A stretch of DNA of 64,000 nucleotides from Harriotta raleighana (taxonomy: Eukaryota), in NCBI GenBank assembly GCA_050575255.1, contig JBNZDD010013640.1, positions 2,282,834 through 2,346,833 on the forward strand, in the 5' to 3' direction. Shown here one piece after another: positions 24,681-37,811 of this stretch (positions are counted from its first letter, which is position 1; each line of letters starts with the position of its first letter). Made by a program: the position numbers and the translations under genes. The notes beneath the pieces are model-generated. The model was not told where the DNA came from. It did not search any database and was given only the letters and a program-made list of their open reading frames with translations.

Positions 24681-25667
24681 TAATTTATCCAATTGTTCTT
24701 TTGGGTGTATAGCTGGTATTATATCATCAGATCCAAAGTGCTATTGATATAATACCAGCTGAGTGATGTTTTGCATCTACAGTGTAGTTTGTGTTAGGGA
24801 AGGCCTTGCAAATTTTACATATCTATATTACATTTTTTTTCCCCCCAAATATGATCATTATTTAAAAAAATGACAACGTCTGATAATGGAGAAATAATGC
24901 ACTATTTAACTCAGTATGATTCTAGCAGAGCCAAGAGGTTTTCTTTGCTCTCTTACCTTCCTTATTCATTTCCTTTTTTACAGTTCCTTTTCCATTCTCT
25001 GACTATTTAACACCTCACCAGCACAAACTTCTTGTTGCTGCTGCTCCTTAAAATGCAAGGTACATGTATAACACAACAGTTGGGCAGGTGAACATGAACA
25101 GTAGCATGTTTGGAACTCACACCTAACGATTGGAAACTGTGCACTAAATAAAACTGTCCTGCTAAATGTTGATACAAGGTAATAGGATATTCCAGCACTA
25201 TCATCTCTGTCTACAGACTCTCTTTTGACTCTCCGAACTCAGTTCTCCACAAATTATTTCGGGTTATGGGGGAGTTAATCCAAACCATTGATCATCCATA
25301 AAAAAAGTTTTGTTTCCTTTTGATTCCATCCATGCAAATCAACAGGTTTTTTTTTGTATTACTCAAGAAAGACGAGGGAACTTCTTAAGTTTCCTTCCAG
25401 TTTTCATTAAAAGAAACTCTCAGTCCTGCAAGCATTTTACTAAAATATTTTGACAGAAATACTGAAAGATATTGGATGTCCTCCAAATATGAAAGGCCCT
25501 CTACAAATGTACTTTTGTTGTTGTTGCATTGTTCCCTAATAATAATGATAATCAATGCATTTCAGACAGCCATGAGTGAGGGAAACAAAACTCCCTTCAC
25601 TTTTTGAATAGTGCGTGGGATTCCCTAGCATAGTAAAAATCCTTGTGTTTGATAAAGTGACTTTATT

Positions 25668-26000
25668 TGAGACGTCTCAAACTGCTTCACAGAATATACT
25701 GGAAAATGAATTAAGTGTATATTTTTGTGGGTGAAACACGTCTTCCAATTCGCATAGCAGTGTCCCACAAACAGTCATGGATTGAGTGACGCAATTAGTT
25801 TTCTTTTTAATGTGAATTTATTTTTGAAGCGATTATTCCCTCCGGAAAAACAATCTGGAAATTGACTAACAATCTGACTTCTATTTACAGCTAGGTGAAC
25901 AGAGGTGTGTGGATTAAAGAAACTTGCCTAAGGTTTCGCCCTTCTCAGAAATCAAACCCAGATCCTCTCGCTTGTGAGACAAGTGCTCCAACTAATACAG
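25668..26000 (-). mobile_element. tRNA-headed SINE, diverged, intermediate-length form
   Basis: Tail-proximal tgagacgtctcaaactgcttcacagaatatact, Deu-like body, then aaacttgcctaaggtttcgccc and a degenerate head. Confidence 0.75.
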
Positions 26001-26022
26001 AACGTCACTTCTGTGGAGGTAC

Positions 26023-26260
26023 TTTTAGGTAAATGGCCTAAGGCGCCAGACTCAAGNTGTGAGACAAGTGCTCCAACTAATACAGAACGTCACTTCTGTG
26101 GAGGTACAAGTGGGAAAACTTCCACCTGAACACACAGATGATACGTCGGTATAATGACTCATCCGAAAGGGAAGGGAACATGCAAAACACCCCCAGCAAT
26201 TCACTGGAGTATCAGNCTAATAAGGAATACAAATGTCTTAAAACTCATTTTTCCCTAACA
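26023..26260. mobile_element. Ends of a polymorphic LTR-like insertion (5' end 26023-26056, 3' end 26217-26260), with the empty allele assembled between them
   Basis: GTAC is duplicated at 26019-26022 and 26261-26264 but single at 26104-26107 in the empty copy. Termini are ttttagg... and ...ccctaaca. The 5' end matches tRNA-Leu(CAA) at 22/23 nt. Confidence 0.6.
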
Positions 26261-27499
26261 GTACAAGTGGGAAAACATCCACCTGAACACACAGATGATA
26301 CGTCGGTATAATGACTCATTCGAAAGGGAAGGGAACATGCAAAACACCCCCAGCAATTCACTGGAGTATCATCTTACACTATATGATTCCATGTCCCGAC
26401 ATGGGGCCTTGATCCCACAACTGCTAGCCAGCCTGACACACAATCGCAGATGCAACTACAATGCCAGAGACGGAAGGAACATTCCTCATATGTAATTCAT
26501 GGGTGAGGGGTTTAGTCACTGAATCTGAAATTGTAGAATATTTCAAGTTTGTATGAAGACTGTAGAATACACAACGTTAAGCTGTAGAATGTTATAAATG
26601 GGTTTGATTGAGACCATGCTTTGTGATTTCTTTGCTAAGAAACAAAGCATGTCACGATGATTTATTATTTGAGCAAACCTACACTGTGCATATGCTCTGC
26701 ACTTGTAATCTTATGTTGATTCGTTGATTTGCTTCATCTTTCAAGAAAGCTGTTCCCTCTTGATTTTGCCCTGAGTATTTCAAGTAGATGAGCTTCATTG
26801 ATTTCCCTGACTTTGACAGCTTTAATCCAAAAGCTACATGTCTGATGTGAAGATCAAGAAGGCCAATCAAAGAGAATGAACTGCAGAACCCAGTCGGGAA
26901 ATTAATGGCAACTTAATCAACGCAAAGGTATTTGTGGAGATGCTCGAGTAGATCAATGAGGGCTTGGGCTTGGTTATTTATGCCCTCCTTCTGATGGGGG
27001 AGGCCAAGTTTGCCATCCAGTCACCCGAAATGTTGCCTCGTTCATCAGGATGGGACAGTAGCTTTGCATCATCTGTCAAGCAGACCAATCGGGTATTGAG
27101 ATAAACCAGATTTGATCCACTTTATACTCTTTGAACACCAGGGGGTTGCTCCTCCCTTTCACTCCTTATCTAATTAAACTTAAAAAGAAAATTAATCTAA
27201 GGCAACAGTGTGGCTGACATTTCCCTGAATAGTTGATGATCCAGTCTGACAACAAACATTCTTATCTAGTATTGTGTGATTATTTTAGTGTATCCACAAA
27301 CACAGATTCAGATTTGACCTTTCCCTCATCCTTTTCTTCCCTTCCCTCTAGTCTAAAAAATGCAGTGAGATCAATGTGTACTAAAAGTAATTACAGTGAC
27401 ATGCACAAAATAGGCGAAATATAAAACGTACTCCAGTTACCACCCTTAGTAATGTCAGCCTTTGGAAGCTATTCAATTTGTCTTCAGATCCCGGGGAAT

Positions 27500-27765
27500 G
27501 CAACAATTGGAACAATTTGCATTTATATAGAATCCTTCATGGAGAATAATGTCTCGGAGTCCTTCACAAATGATGTTGTTGTTACAATGGTGAGTTTGGA
27601 CACAGAGCAGGGTATGGTCAAAGTGGCCAGAGGGGGCCATGTGGTCAAAAAGATAATTTTTCAGGTAGGATTTGAATACAGATAAAGAGAGGGGACGAGA
27701 CGGAGGACTCGAGGGAGTAAGTTCCAGAAGTAACTGAAGACCCATAGTAGCTGAAAGCGTACTCA
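27500..27765 (-). mobile_element. L2 LINE 3' end
   Basis: Reverse tail caatttgcatttatatagaatccttc; the minus strand translates to ..LSLSVFKSYLKNYLFD.., as in the L2 ORF2 terminus. Confidence 0.7.
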
Positions 27766-28197
27766 AGCACACATTATATGTGTGATTTTGATGATCATAG
27801 CAATATTTCTATCTCAACATTTTAAAAAATATGATTTCCTGTTAAAGTTCCTTCCAAGTGTGAAAGTCTGTGGGAAAGTTGTCCAGTGTCAGAGAAGAGA
27901 CACTTGGAGGAGGGTAACTCAATAGCGATACTGGTGGAGGCAATATGGTTGCCATTTTTCTCGGTCACCACCAGAGGGAAGTGGCTGGACTGACTGCCTG
28001 AGCTGGAAGTGTACCTATTTTTTGCTTCTTGATCATGAGAAAATACGGTCAGAAACATTGCTGAAGCACTATCCCACCANGTGGCTGGACTGACTGCCTG
28101 AGCTGGAAGTGTACCTATTTTTTGCTTCTTTGTCATGAGAAAATACGGTCAGAAACATTGCTATCCCACCGGTCACAGGTTCCTCTCCTGGCAATGC

Positions 28198-28605
28198 AAA
28201 TAATAATAATAATGATTATCATCTTTGCATTTGATTTTAACATTGTATCGTGTCACAACGTCACAAAGCTTTTCGCAGGATTTACTGTGATGTGGTGTGA
28301 CTGGGTGTGTTTTCCAGGTGAACTCAGCAGCCAATTTGCACACAAGACAATGTCTCACAAACAGCCAATGTCCCACAGTGAGTGACCAATATTATTCCGG
28401 GGAATTGGTAGACAAGATACCGGGAGAAATTCCATTCTCTTTTCAAGTAGTGTCATGAGAACTTTGACATTTCATTTAATTGGCAGATGGCACTTCATTT
28501 TAATGCATTATCCAAATGACAGACCCTATGACAATGAGGACACACATTCCCAGCAATGGATTGGAGTATCAGCCTGGACAACATAGGTACAAAGTCCTAA
28601 CGTGG
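28198..28605 (-). mobile_element. Old Deu-domain SINE, near full length
   Basis: Tail (aat)n..tttgcatttga, then body cagccaatttgcacacaagacaatgtctcacaaacagc, then tagtgtcatgagaactttgacat and gagtatcagcctgga. Confidence 0.75.
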
Positions 28606-28606
28606 G

Positions 28607-29195
28607 CCCTACTTGTCTGCCTTCACAATTCCTCCCTCTATAGGCTGCAGATAATCCAGAATTCAACATATTCTGCAAAATGCTTGGAGACATCTAGAAG
28701 AAGTGAAAAGCGCTATATCAAATTCAAGGATTATTATTATTATTATAATTCTGCGGCCTGTGTCTTTTGCTGCTCGAAGCTCCATTTCCCCCATTCTCAC
28801 CCAACTCCATTGGCTCCCCATCACCCAGGGGATTCAATTCATGATCCTGGTCCTCACCCTCAAAGCTCACCCGACCTCTACCTCTACGACATCCTAACCA
28901 CCTGCCAACCTGCCCGCCTCCTCTGCACAGCATTGGTGGGAGAGCCTTCAGCCATTCTGCTCCTAACCTCTGGAATTCAAGCCCGCAGCCCCTCTGCCTC
29001 GCCCCCTCCCTGGCTTCCTTCAAGTCCCGTGTCAAGATCCTCCTCTTACATGGTCCCATCGGTCACCCCAAATCCCCTCCTTTCCCTCCATCCTCCCCGA
29101 CCCCATCTCGGGTCTGAAACATTGACTGTCTAGGGCCTTGAGATGTCCTCCCAACATGCAAGGCGCTATACAAGTGTAATTTTGTTGTTGTCGTT
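28607..29195 (+). mobile_element. L2 LINE 3' end (approx. 500 bp) with a nested truncated SINE tail
   Basis: LQIIQNS|AA.V, ISPILTQLHWLPITQGIQFMILVLTLKA, tail aaggcgctatacaagtgtaattttgttgttg. Confidence 0.85.
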
Positions 29196-32100
29196 CACCC
29201 CACAAACTTCAGCCTGAGAGTCAAGAGTACTGTATTATGAGGTGAAAATGTGATGTGTGCAATGGTAATTATCACATACCACATTCTATAAATTACAACG
29301 TTTCAACCCTCTTGAAAACCAACATAGTTCAATCCCAGATTTTCCAGTTCCTCCAATCTCACTTGAGTTTTCCTGTATGACTGTAGGATTTTATGTTATA
29401 CTGTACAGTAGTTGGATTTGCAGTGGCACTATGTTGCAATCACTTGACATTGTATGCCACCAGCACTCGTCAGAGTCACTGTAAAAAACATTAAATCAGG
29501 TCTACTAAGCGTCAAAGCCACCCAAAAACAACGTGCTCCTTCACTGGAGAGAACTGGAACAAGCTGAAATCAAAAGGCCAAAGTGAACATAGACGAATGT
29601 TGGAATTATCAGTTATTATTTTCTTTGCGGGAAAATTACTCTGCAGGGTGTTCAACCAGCCAATGGATAATAAATCAATTTGACGGCTTGCAACAAAATA
29701 ATAAAAAAAAGCAGAACACCCTAAACTTTCTCTGTGATGTGATTAATATACACTGTTTGTTAGTTAAACATTGTATAATAGATGGCTAGCAGTATTACAA
29801 GTCAGTAATTCACAGCTAGTGGCTTAAACCACAAGAGCAAGACTCGAGTACTTTACGAATCTCAGAAGAGCTTGAGATTGAATTACTGCCTTAAACTCAC
29901 TACCAGATGTTTGTTATTCTTCATGATAATACAAGTTTATTTTCTTTCAAATAACATTTTTGGTAAAAAAAAAAAACTTTTTTCTTTCACTAGTGCACTG
30001 GACAGTTGCATAGGTGTGTTGTAGGTGAAAGGGTAACAATTTTTTCACTGCCATTTGTGCTGCATTACTCAGAGTTTGCAGTTGTTCCTGCAATGATAGT
30101 TTTAGCTGAATCGTATCCTATTACTGTAACACTCTAACAGATGGTTGGATTGCCAGTGTGAAGGATGGTTAATGAGATCACTCCAAAGGGGCCTTCTATT
30201 GTACCTGAGAGGAGTTAGCGCAGAGCATGAGTTGGATAAAGATGTAAGGAGACCAGCTTCAGCATCTCTAGCCTAGACTGTAGCAAGTAGTGTTTGTCTC
30301 TCAGAGCCACAGGTATTTGGTGAGACACCTCCCTGTAATAATAAACCTTTGATTTGTCCACCACATCCATCTCCAAGCATTCAAGCATGAGCCTGGTCTA
30401 TGTCCCAATAAGGGGGACACTGGATGGGTGAAACTGAAATACGGATGGAATTTTGATCTGTGTTCTACGATTCATCTGCTGGTCTGAAAGTTTGTAAATG
30501 GCAAGCATATTTTCATGTGTGCTAATGTGCCTGAAACAATATTTTTTGGCTTTGGGCAGTAATCTAACCAAGGTGTGCATTCATACATCACACCCTCAAA
30601 AAAAAAANTGGCAAGCATATTTTCATGTGTGCTAATGTGCCTGAAACAATATTTTTTGTTTTAACCAAGGTGTGCATTCATACATCACACCCTCCCCAAA
30701 AAAATTTGAAGCGGTATTTTCTCAGTAGGTTTCAATTCCAGACAATAATTCATTGCTAAGCATCAAGCACTATTCCTAATTAATGAACGTTTCGCCCACT
30801 CGAATGTTGTCTCTTCCTTTCCTGAAGACTGCACATTCTCTCTTGCTATCTTGCTCACTGCTTCCTCATGTAAGTGAACATTTTTCATGTGTGGGTACAT
30901 GCTGATGATTTTTAGCAGGACACGTGCAGCTAGAGATAACATGGTAACGCTGTGGTTGAATAGTAATCTGATTGATGAGGTGTCACAGCCAAACCTGCTC
31001 CTGTTCTCACTTAATGTACACACAACACTGCACACACAAATACACACACACCTACATCCACGTGCATATACACAGATTTTCAAACAGAGATCACTGGATG
31101 GCTCTCAGTATCAAGAAAGCTTACTGATTTTTCTCATTCTAGATTACAGGCTAGTTGAGGCCCATTTCAAATCTCTGAGTGGCAGCCTGGTTGAGAACAG
31201 CCAACAACAACAAATGATATTTGTATAGCACCTTTGCCATCAGGACGAAGTCCCAGATGCTGAAGAACAACTTTACCATCTCAAAAAAGACTGAGCGTTG
31301 AATATGGAGCCACCCAGATCTGTATAGTGAAGTTTAGCTTCAAGCAGTGACTTTACGAACTGAATATTTGGGGGAAGCAGCAGTTATTTCACTTAGGCTT
31401 TACCCCACATGAAACTGTTGTTGGTTTACTAATGGAAACGCAATAAATCATGGTGCATTCTTTTGACATTGAATGTGGATTGATTACTTGTGATGTGCTC
31501 TCAGAATGTAAGGAATTGCGAAGAAACACACAGGAAAACATGATATCTCTTCTTGTGAATTACCCAAGAATTGCACATTCTCCAGTGATTTTGTTTGCAT
31601 CCCTCTACAACTAACAGTGCTGAATATTCTTTCTAAATCTATATGAATGTCATACAGCTTCGAAGTGTTGATGAATCACAAATCGGTATTGAAGAAATGT
31701 AGAACAATTTCCAATGTTCCAACTAAAAATATTTTTTATATATTGTCCATCAGGCATCATGTTATGTACAGTAGTCATTACTTCTGTGTGGCTGGGAGAT
31801 AATTTGTATGACTCCACTGTCACTGAGACCTCCCATGTTAATTCCTAAAAGTAGTCTTTGTGGGACTGCTGAATGGGACACTGTATCGGAAAGCCATAAG
31901 CGCTTACAAAAACTCATAGACCTAGACCAACTTTTCATTCGGTAAGTTTTGACTTGTTTAAAAACAACTCAGTTTCAGTCAGAACTGGCGGTTGTACAAG
32001 GCACTTGTCAATCAACACTCAGATTACCACACAACCATCACATTACCATGTTATCTCTGTATGCAAATCAAACAACTGTTAACTGTTAATGTAATAGCCC

Positions 32101-33859
32101 TTGGTTTATCACAACAATATTATACAGTCATGCCAGGGGTGATGAATGAATGTGTAGCAATAAAGGGCATAATCCTGAATAGCTGCCTGTATGGAGAACA
32201 TTTCAGAGATTGCTACAAGAAGCAATACATTTTACAGATGACTCAATGTGGCTATGTTGTTTCACCTCTGGTATTTTAGTACAACTTTAGTGCATACCTC
32301 CATTTTAGCACAATAAGTAGAACGCTGGGTGACAAATTTATTCAGTAAAATAGAATGGCATGAGGAGATTTCATGGGATTTGAGCTCATAGTGCAGGCTT
32401 ACACTCGAGGGCAGTAGTGTGAAATGTTGTATCGTCAGAGGTGTCTCTTTTACAAGAGACATTGAACAACAATAACAAAATTATATTATTAGAGCACTTG
32501 CTAAGGTCCCTTTGCTTACTCAAATGGGCATTAAATTGAATAATCCTTCCATAGTTGTCTGTAGAGCTCCAAGCAAGTCAAAATTGTAAAATTGCAGAAT
32601 TGCTCAAATCAACTCACTTTTCACTTTTTTAGGTTAAATTTTCTTTGGGAGTGGGGTCCTAAATCTCATGATAAACATTTAATTTTCCTTATTTTTAAAG
32701 TTTTTATTCCACATTTCGAATCAGTTTCTCAATTTCATACAAAAAGGGGTATTTTTCATTTGTTCATGATGTTTATATACTGTTCACCAAATGGAATTTA
32801 TTTGCAAGACTGCCAATGCCAGCTTATGTGACAAATGTAATGCACGGTTTCCTGTATGGCACCTAACTGAATAAATACTGCCAAAAATTAGAGAAAAATG
32901 ATGGTAAAGTAATTAGTAAAATCAATGCCAAGTTCCCTTATTAAGGGTGGTCTATTCTTGCACTCCATGACATCTTTCCATATCACAGAGCAACAAGGCA
33001 GCAATTCTCTGAAGAAATGACTGTACCACACTGTTTAAATCCCTGATATATTTACAAACTTAATGCTTATCTTAAAAGACCACTCCTTAAATCCCTGATT
33101 CCTCTGCCTAGGTTTTGGTCACCCTATTCCAAGAGGAAAACCGCAGGCAACATCAGCACTTTAGCGAACAATTAACAGGCTCCAGGTAGCTTTGCTGCCT
33201 AGGTTTAGGAACAGCCTCACTGTTCAAAAGCCAAGTAGTTGGACTTCTGCAAACTTGCCAGAAGGTTTTTTTTCCCCTTATAACTGTATTCCCGCCCTGA
33301 TTCCTACTACGAAAGTAGCCAGAATGTTAGATCCCAATCCAATAACAAGCAGAGATCTTTAAACTGGATAATTCAACACAACTTGCAATCTATTCAAGGA
33401 GATTGCATCCTACAAAACATATCATTTACACATGAATGGATGAGGGCCCCTTATTCATTCTGAAACGAGTCATCAGAGCAAAATATCTGGTTCAGAATAT
33501 CAAATACATGAAGATGAATGCCTGGCGGTATGCTTTCTGCATTCCTTAAAGCAAATATCAACAGCTGGCATATTCATAGCCAGATAATATGAATATGAAA
33601 CCTCAGTTAATATCACAAAACAACACACTTACTGATGAGTCTAGCGCTTGGCTACTGGATGGTAAGAGCATTGGGCCAATATAACATACAACATCTTGGA
33701 AACTAATGTATGTTGCCTCCACATTGAGACAAACAACTTATCATTCCTCAATGCTCAGTAGTTATTTCACTTTCATGCTGATTACTGAGTGAGGAAGGCT
33801 CATCTCCCACTTGAACTCACGCAGAAATTTCAGGAGTGTATGTGGGGCAGTTGCATTGC

Positions 33860-34085
33860 TTGAGGTGTGTGAGATGTTAAAGCATGATTCCATCTGCCTG
33901 TTGAGGTAGATGTTAAAGACCTCTTGGTACTATTTGAAAAACAGGAGTTTCTCCTGGTATCTTGGCCATTAATTCCCCTCCCCCATAACCAACCCACCAT
34001 CGACATCTCACCCAAAATTTTGTAATATGTCCCACAGCTGTTTATGGAACATTGCTGCAAACAATTGTGTCACCTACAAATATAA
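33860..34085 (+). mobile_element. Old Deu-domain SINE fragment
   Basis: tgagatgttaaagc..ccatctgcctgttgaggtagatgttaaagacc..tactatttgaaaaacaggagtttctcctggtatcttggcc. Confidence 0.7.
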
Positions 34086-34237
34086 AGGAAGAGAGAATCA
34101 GTAGGTCAGTCACACTGCCTGGTCTCACATGCGTACTGGTAGTCATTTCTAAATTTTTATTGGCAGAGTCCTGGGCTCCAGTCGTTCTTGACCAAAGACC
34201 TTGTAGAAGACAAAGTTTTCAGAGTATATTGTTTCAA

Positions 34238-34450
34238 TAATACTAATAACCCTTGTATTTGATATAGAGCTTGTCACGTCTTCTGACGTCTCAAAGTGCT
34301 TCACAGAATATGCTGTAAAGTATATATATTTAAGGGCAAACATGGCAGACAATTGCGCACAGAAATGTTCCACAAACAGTGGATTGAATTGACCAATTTT
34401 TTTGGAGAGATTATTATTAGGCGTATGGAGTAAGGAAACTTGCCCACGGT
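34238..34450 (-). mobile_element. 5'-truncated young SINE
   Basis: Tail, body and gtatggagtaaggaaacttgccc are present; the tRNA head is missing. Confidence 0.8.
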
Positions 34451-35394
34451 TTTGTTGGTTTGAGCTTTCTTTAAATATTGCTAGCATTATGACAATGCTC
34501 TTTTAAGGAATAAAGACCTAATGTTGCTTTAACCTTGGATTCCTTGTTTTATGGACTGAACGCATCATCTTTCAGTAACTCAGGAGTCTGTCATAAACTT
34601 CTTTTTATATACACACACGTCTTTCATGAAGGAAATTCTGAATTGCTCTATGTGTGGAAACTGACCTTTCAATGCTAACTGGTTTGCTGTAAGATGTGTG
34701 CAATGCTGCTTATGTTATATTATATTAGGGAAGGAAAAGGCTTCCATTTCTGCGGCTCAAGATTCAGTTGAGATTTTCAGTTTGGTGGATAACACACAAG
34801 ACTGTTCTCAATTTGCTATGTTCATAAAAGTTGTCAATCTGTGAGGAATTGATAACAAAAATTCTGTAAGTAAAGTAACTGAAGGAGTAGGTAACTGGCA
34901 GCATTTAATTTGTCTTTCACAGACAAAGAGCTTTGGAGGTAGATGCTTTCTTGACATGCCTTCAGGGTGACACGTGAATCTTGTAATTACATTAAATGGC
35001 AGGAAACATCTTATCCATATGCATGACCACACAGAAACTAACAGTAATTCCTTTCTTCAAGAGGTAATTTACATATTTTGGAAATAAAACATTTCAAAAA
35101 AGAGAGAGAAATAGAGAGACGGAGTGGAGTGAGGAGGTGCGGGGGAGGGCGGGAGTATAAAAACTGAGATTTCTTCGGGCTGAACCTAGCCCATTGCCCA
35201 AATGTTTGTTTCCTTGATGTGATATGTAAAGGGAATGGGACATTGTGAGTCTGCGTAAAAATAAAATAAAGCTTAAGTTGCTCCTAATATTTCAGCCCTT
35301 TAAATAAAAGCTTTAAATAATTTTTAAAAGCAGTCAAAATACAGGTAGTTAACCTCAACAGCAACACCAGCAACAACAGTGTCTTGGATAGTTT

Positions 35395-35975
35395 AACACA
35401 GGCAGAGGTTGTTGTAGGGCTACGGGGAGGAAGGAGGCGTCCATAAGCATTGTCAAAAAACAAGGAATTAGGCATGGTCTGAAAGGGGAAAGGATGGGTA
35501 AGGCAGAGTGATTGAGGGAGAGAGTTCCAAACTTTCAGGGCATAGTGGCTGAAATTTTTGATCCAATGATGGAGCAGAGCAGTTGAGGGACGAGCAGCAG
35601 GTCAGAGCCAGCCTAGGGGAACGGGCAGGTGGTGGAGTGAGGAGTAAGCAGGTTATAAATGTAGGGAGATGTCAAGGGATTTATGGAGGAGTGTCAATCT
35701 ACTTTGTTATCATAGAGTCCGATGAGGAATGTTGGGGATATGAAAGTTAGAGCTAGTGAGTATATGGAGGTGGGGTTCTGGATGGAATAGTCGTCAGGAG
35801 GTGACAAGAGAGCGGATGGATGCGAGCAATGTGACGGAGGTGGAGGAAAGCAGTCTTAATTAAGGACCGGATGTGGGGCTGGGAAAAATCTGGGGAGTGA
35901 AGCTGATGCTCAGGTTCTTTACAGGTTTGGCAAATCTTAGGGAAAGGCCAGGAGGTGAGGAGGTCAGAGCAGACG
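35395..35975 (-). mobile_element. L2 LINE fragment
   Basis: Purine-rich plus strand gagggagagagttccaaact..catagtggctgaaa..tggagcagag..ggcaggtgg, the reverse complement of the L2 body at 28760-29050. Confidence 0.65.
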
Positions 35976-35984
35976 AGAGAAGCC

Positions 35985-36353
35985 CATACAAAGTCAATTC
36001 ACTTTACAGTATATTTTCTAAAGTGCTTTGAGACATCCAGAAGACGTGAAAAGCGCTTTATCAAATGCAAGTATTATTATTATTTATTATTAATAATCAT
36101 TGCATCTAATATACTGCCGTGTCTTATTGCGTCTTTGAGATGTTTCAAAGTGCTTCACAGAATATATTGTCAAATGAAAAGTTGTCGATTGAAGTGACTA
36201 ATTGATTATCATTAGCGCTGGGTTCCTACTTCCAGCTCAGTAAACAGGTGGATGGAGTAAGGAAACTTGCCGAATGTTTCGCCCTGCCAGAAATCGAACC
36301 CAGGTCTCTTGCTTTCGAAGGCGAGTGCTCTAACCACTGAGCTACAGCACTCC
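35985..36353. mobile_element. Tail-to-tail SINE fragments: + 3' tail (approx. 35985-36090) and internally deleted - copy with head (approx. 36091-36353)
   Basis: agtcaattcactttacagtat...aaatgcaagtattattatt, then the reverse tail and gcgagtgctctaaccactgagctacagcactcc (reverse head). Confidence 0.8.
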
Positions 36354-37811
36354 ACACGATGGCAATCAATAAACATTAATAATGAAAGGCACCATCAAAA
36401 ACAAAAGTTAGAAAAATTCAACAATGTCCGTCCTCTAGAGCATAGGCTTTTGCAACTAATCATCAGCCAAACAGATTCCAGTGTGACTGCTATGTGCAGT
36501 TCTCTACTTGAATATTGCTAAATGTACATGTAAAATCTCAAGGATGCCATTTCTCAAATATGTATACATTACATTTCCGAAGTGACATCGCCTTGAAGTG
36601 ATATGCCTGATCGTTTTTATTATTGCATACCTCATCTTTCCAGAGGGTAATGTTTTTTGAAATGAAAATCTCTGAATTGTTTCATAAGTTGAACGCATTG
36701 CATAATAGCCTGCACCCTCCTGTATATTTATACACAGCAGATCACTTTACAGTCTCTCATTTCATGTTTGAAAAATGTTGATTATTACATCTGACATGTT
36801 TGGGAGTACATAAATATGGTTTCCTGCAAATTCATGGCGTGTTTATTGTAGACTGTGCTATTCCAATCCTTTCGTGCAATTTTAGAGGTAGATTCTGTAC
36901 AAGTTGCGAAAAAGCAAAATGTCCGTAGTGGCCATTGTATGGTGACATGAAAAGAAACAGAGAACCAACAACTCTGCAGGAATTAATGGCATAACTTGTG
37001 TGTTTGCAGCTCACCAGTGCTTTTCTTTCATTTCTTTAGAGTTATATATTACCCTGGGTGTAGCGGGAAATGGAAGTTCACGTTGGAAGCATAGCCAAAG
37101 AATCCCTGTGTAATTCCAATTTGCATCCAACTGAAAACTAAAATGAAATCCACAATATGCAAACCATGTGCCTAATTGCCATGGACTGAAAAGAAATGCT
37201 TGAGAGATTTTTACCTGCTCTTTCAACAGAGAGATTTACTACAGAATTGAACTATCAACAAGTTATGTAACCATGTCCCTGCAAGATTACTTGTCAACCT
37301 GTAAATCCCTTCATGCACTAGCTTATCCCTACCTCTGCGATCTTCTCCTACTCTACCTCTCTGCTCACCCCCTTTAGATGAGCTAATTTGGGCTTTGCAG
37401 CACAATCCCTCCCATGTGCCACCATTGGTGGACAAGCCTTGAGCTATTCTGTCCCAACTTATTAAATAATATTGTCTGCTCTTCAGTTCCTGGGGTCATT
37501 TTCCTGACGCGAAAGGCGCTTTGTATATGTCAATTTGTATTCTATTATATTCCATCTCACCCCATCTCTATCTGCTTTTAACTCTCACCTTAAAACCTAT
37601 GTCTTTGACCATACCTATGGTCATCTCTCCCTCGCCTTTCTCGTCAACCACACAGTGGGCACATTTCCCCCTTCTGCTCGGTGTCTAACCCACATCATTC
37701 TGAGATGTTATTCTGGAAGAAAAATGCTTTTTATTGTCACCACAATAGCGCTGATGGTAACAGGAAATACTAAATAAGATTCCACCCCCAGCATTGTTGC
37801 TACTAATCATT

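Noticed and set aside
27055-27085. Minus-strand LTDDAKL resembling an RT (F/Y)ADD motif
   Set aside because: Flanking translation shows no further RT similarity, so it cannot be supported without a profile search.
28516-29133. 205-aa ORF, the longest in the track
   Set aside because: It is a chance read-through across an old SINE, an L2 remnant and a nested SINE tail (KDYYYYY from the TTA tail), not a gene.
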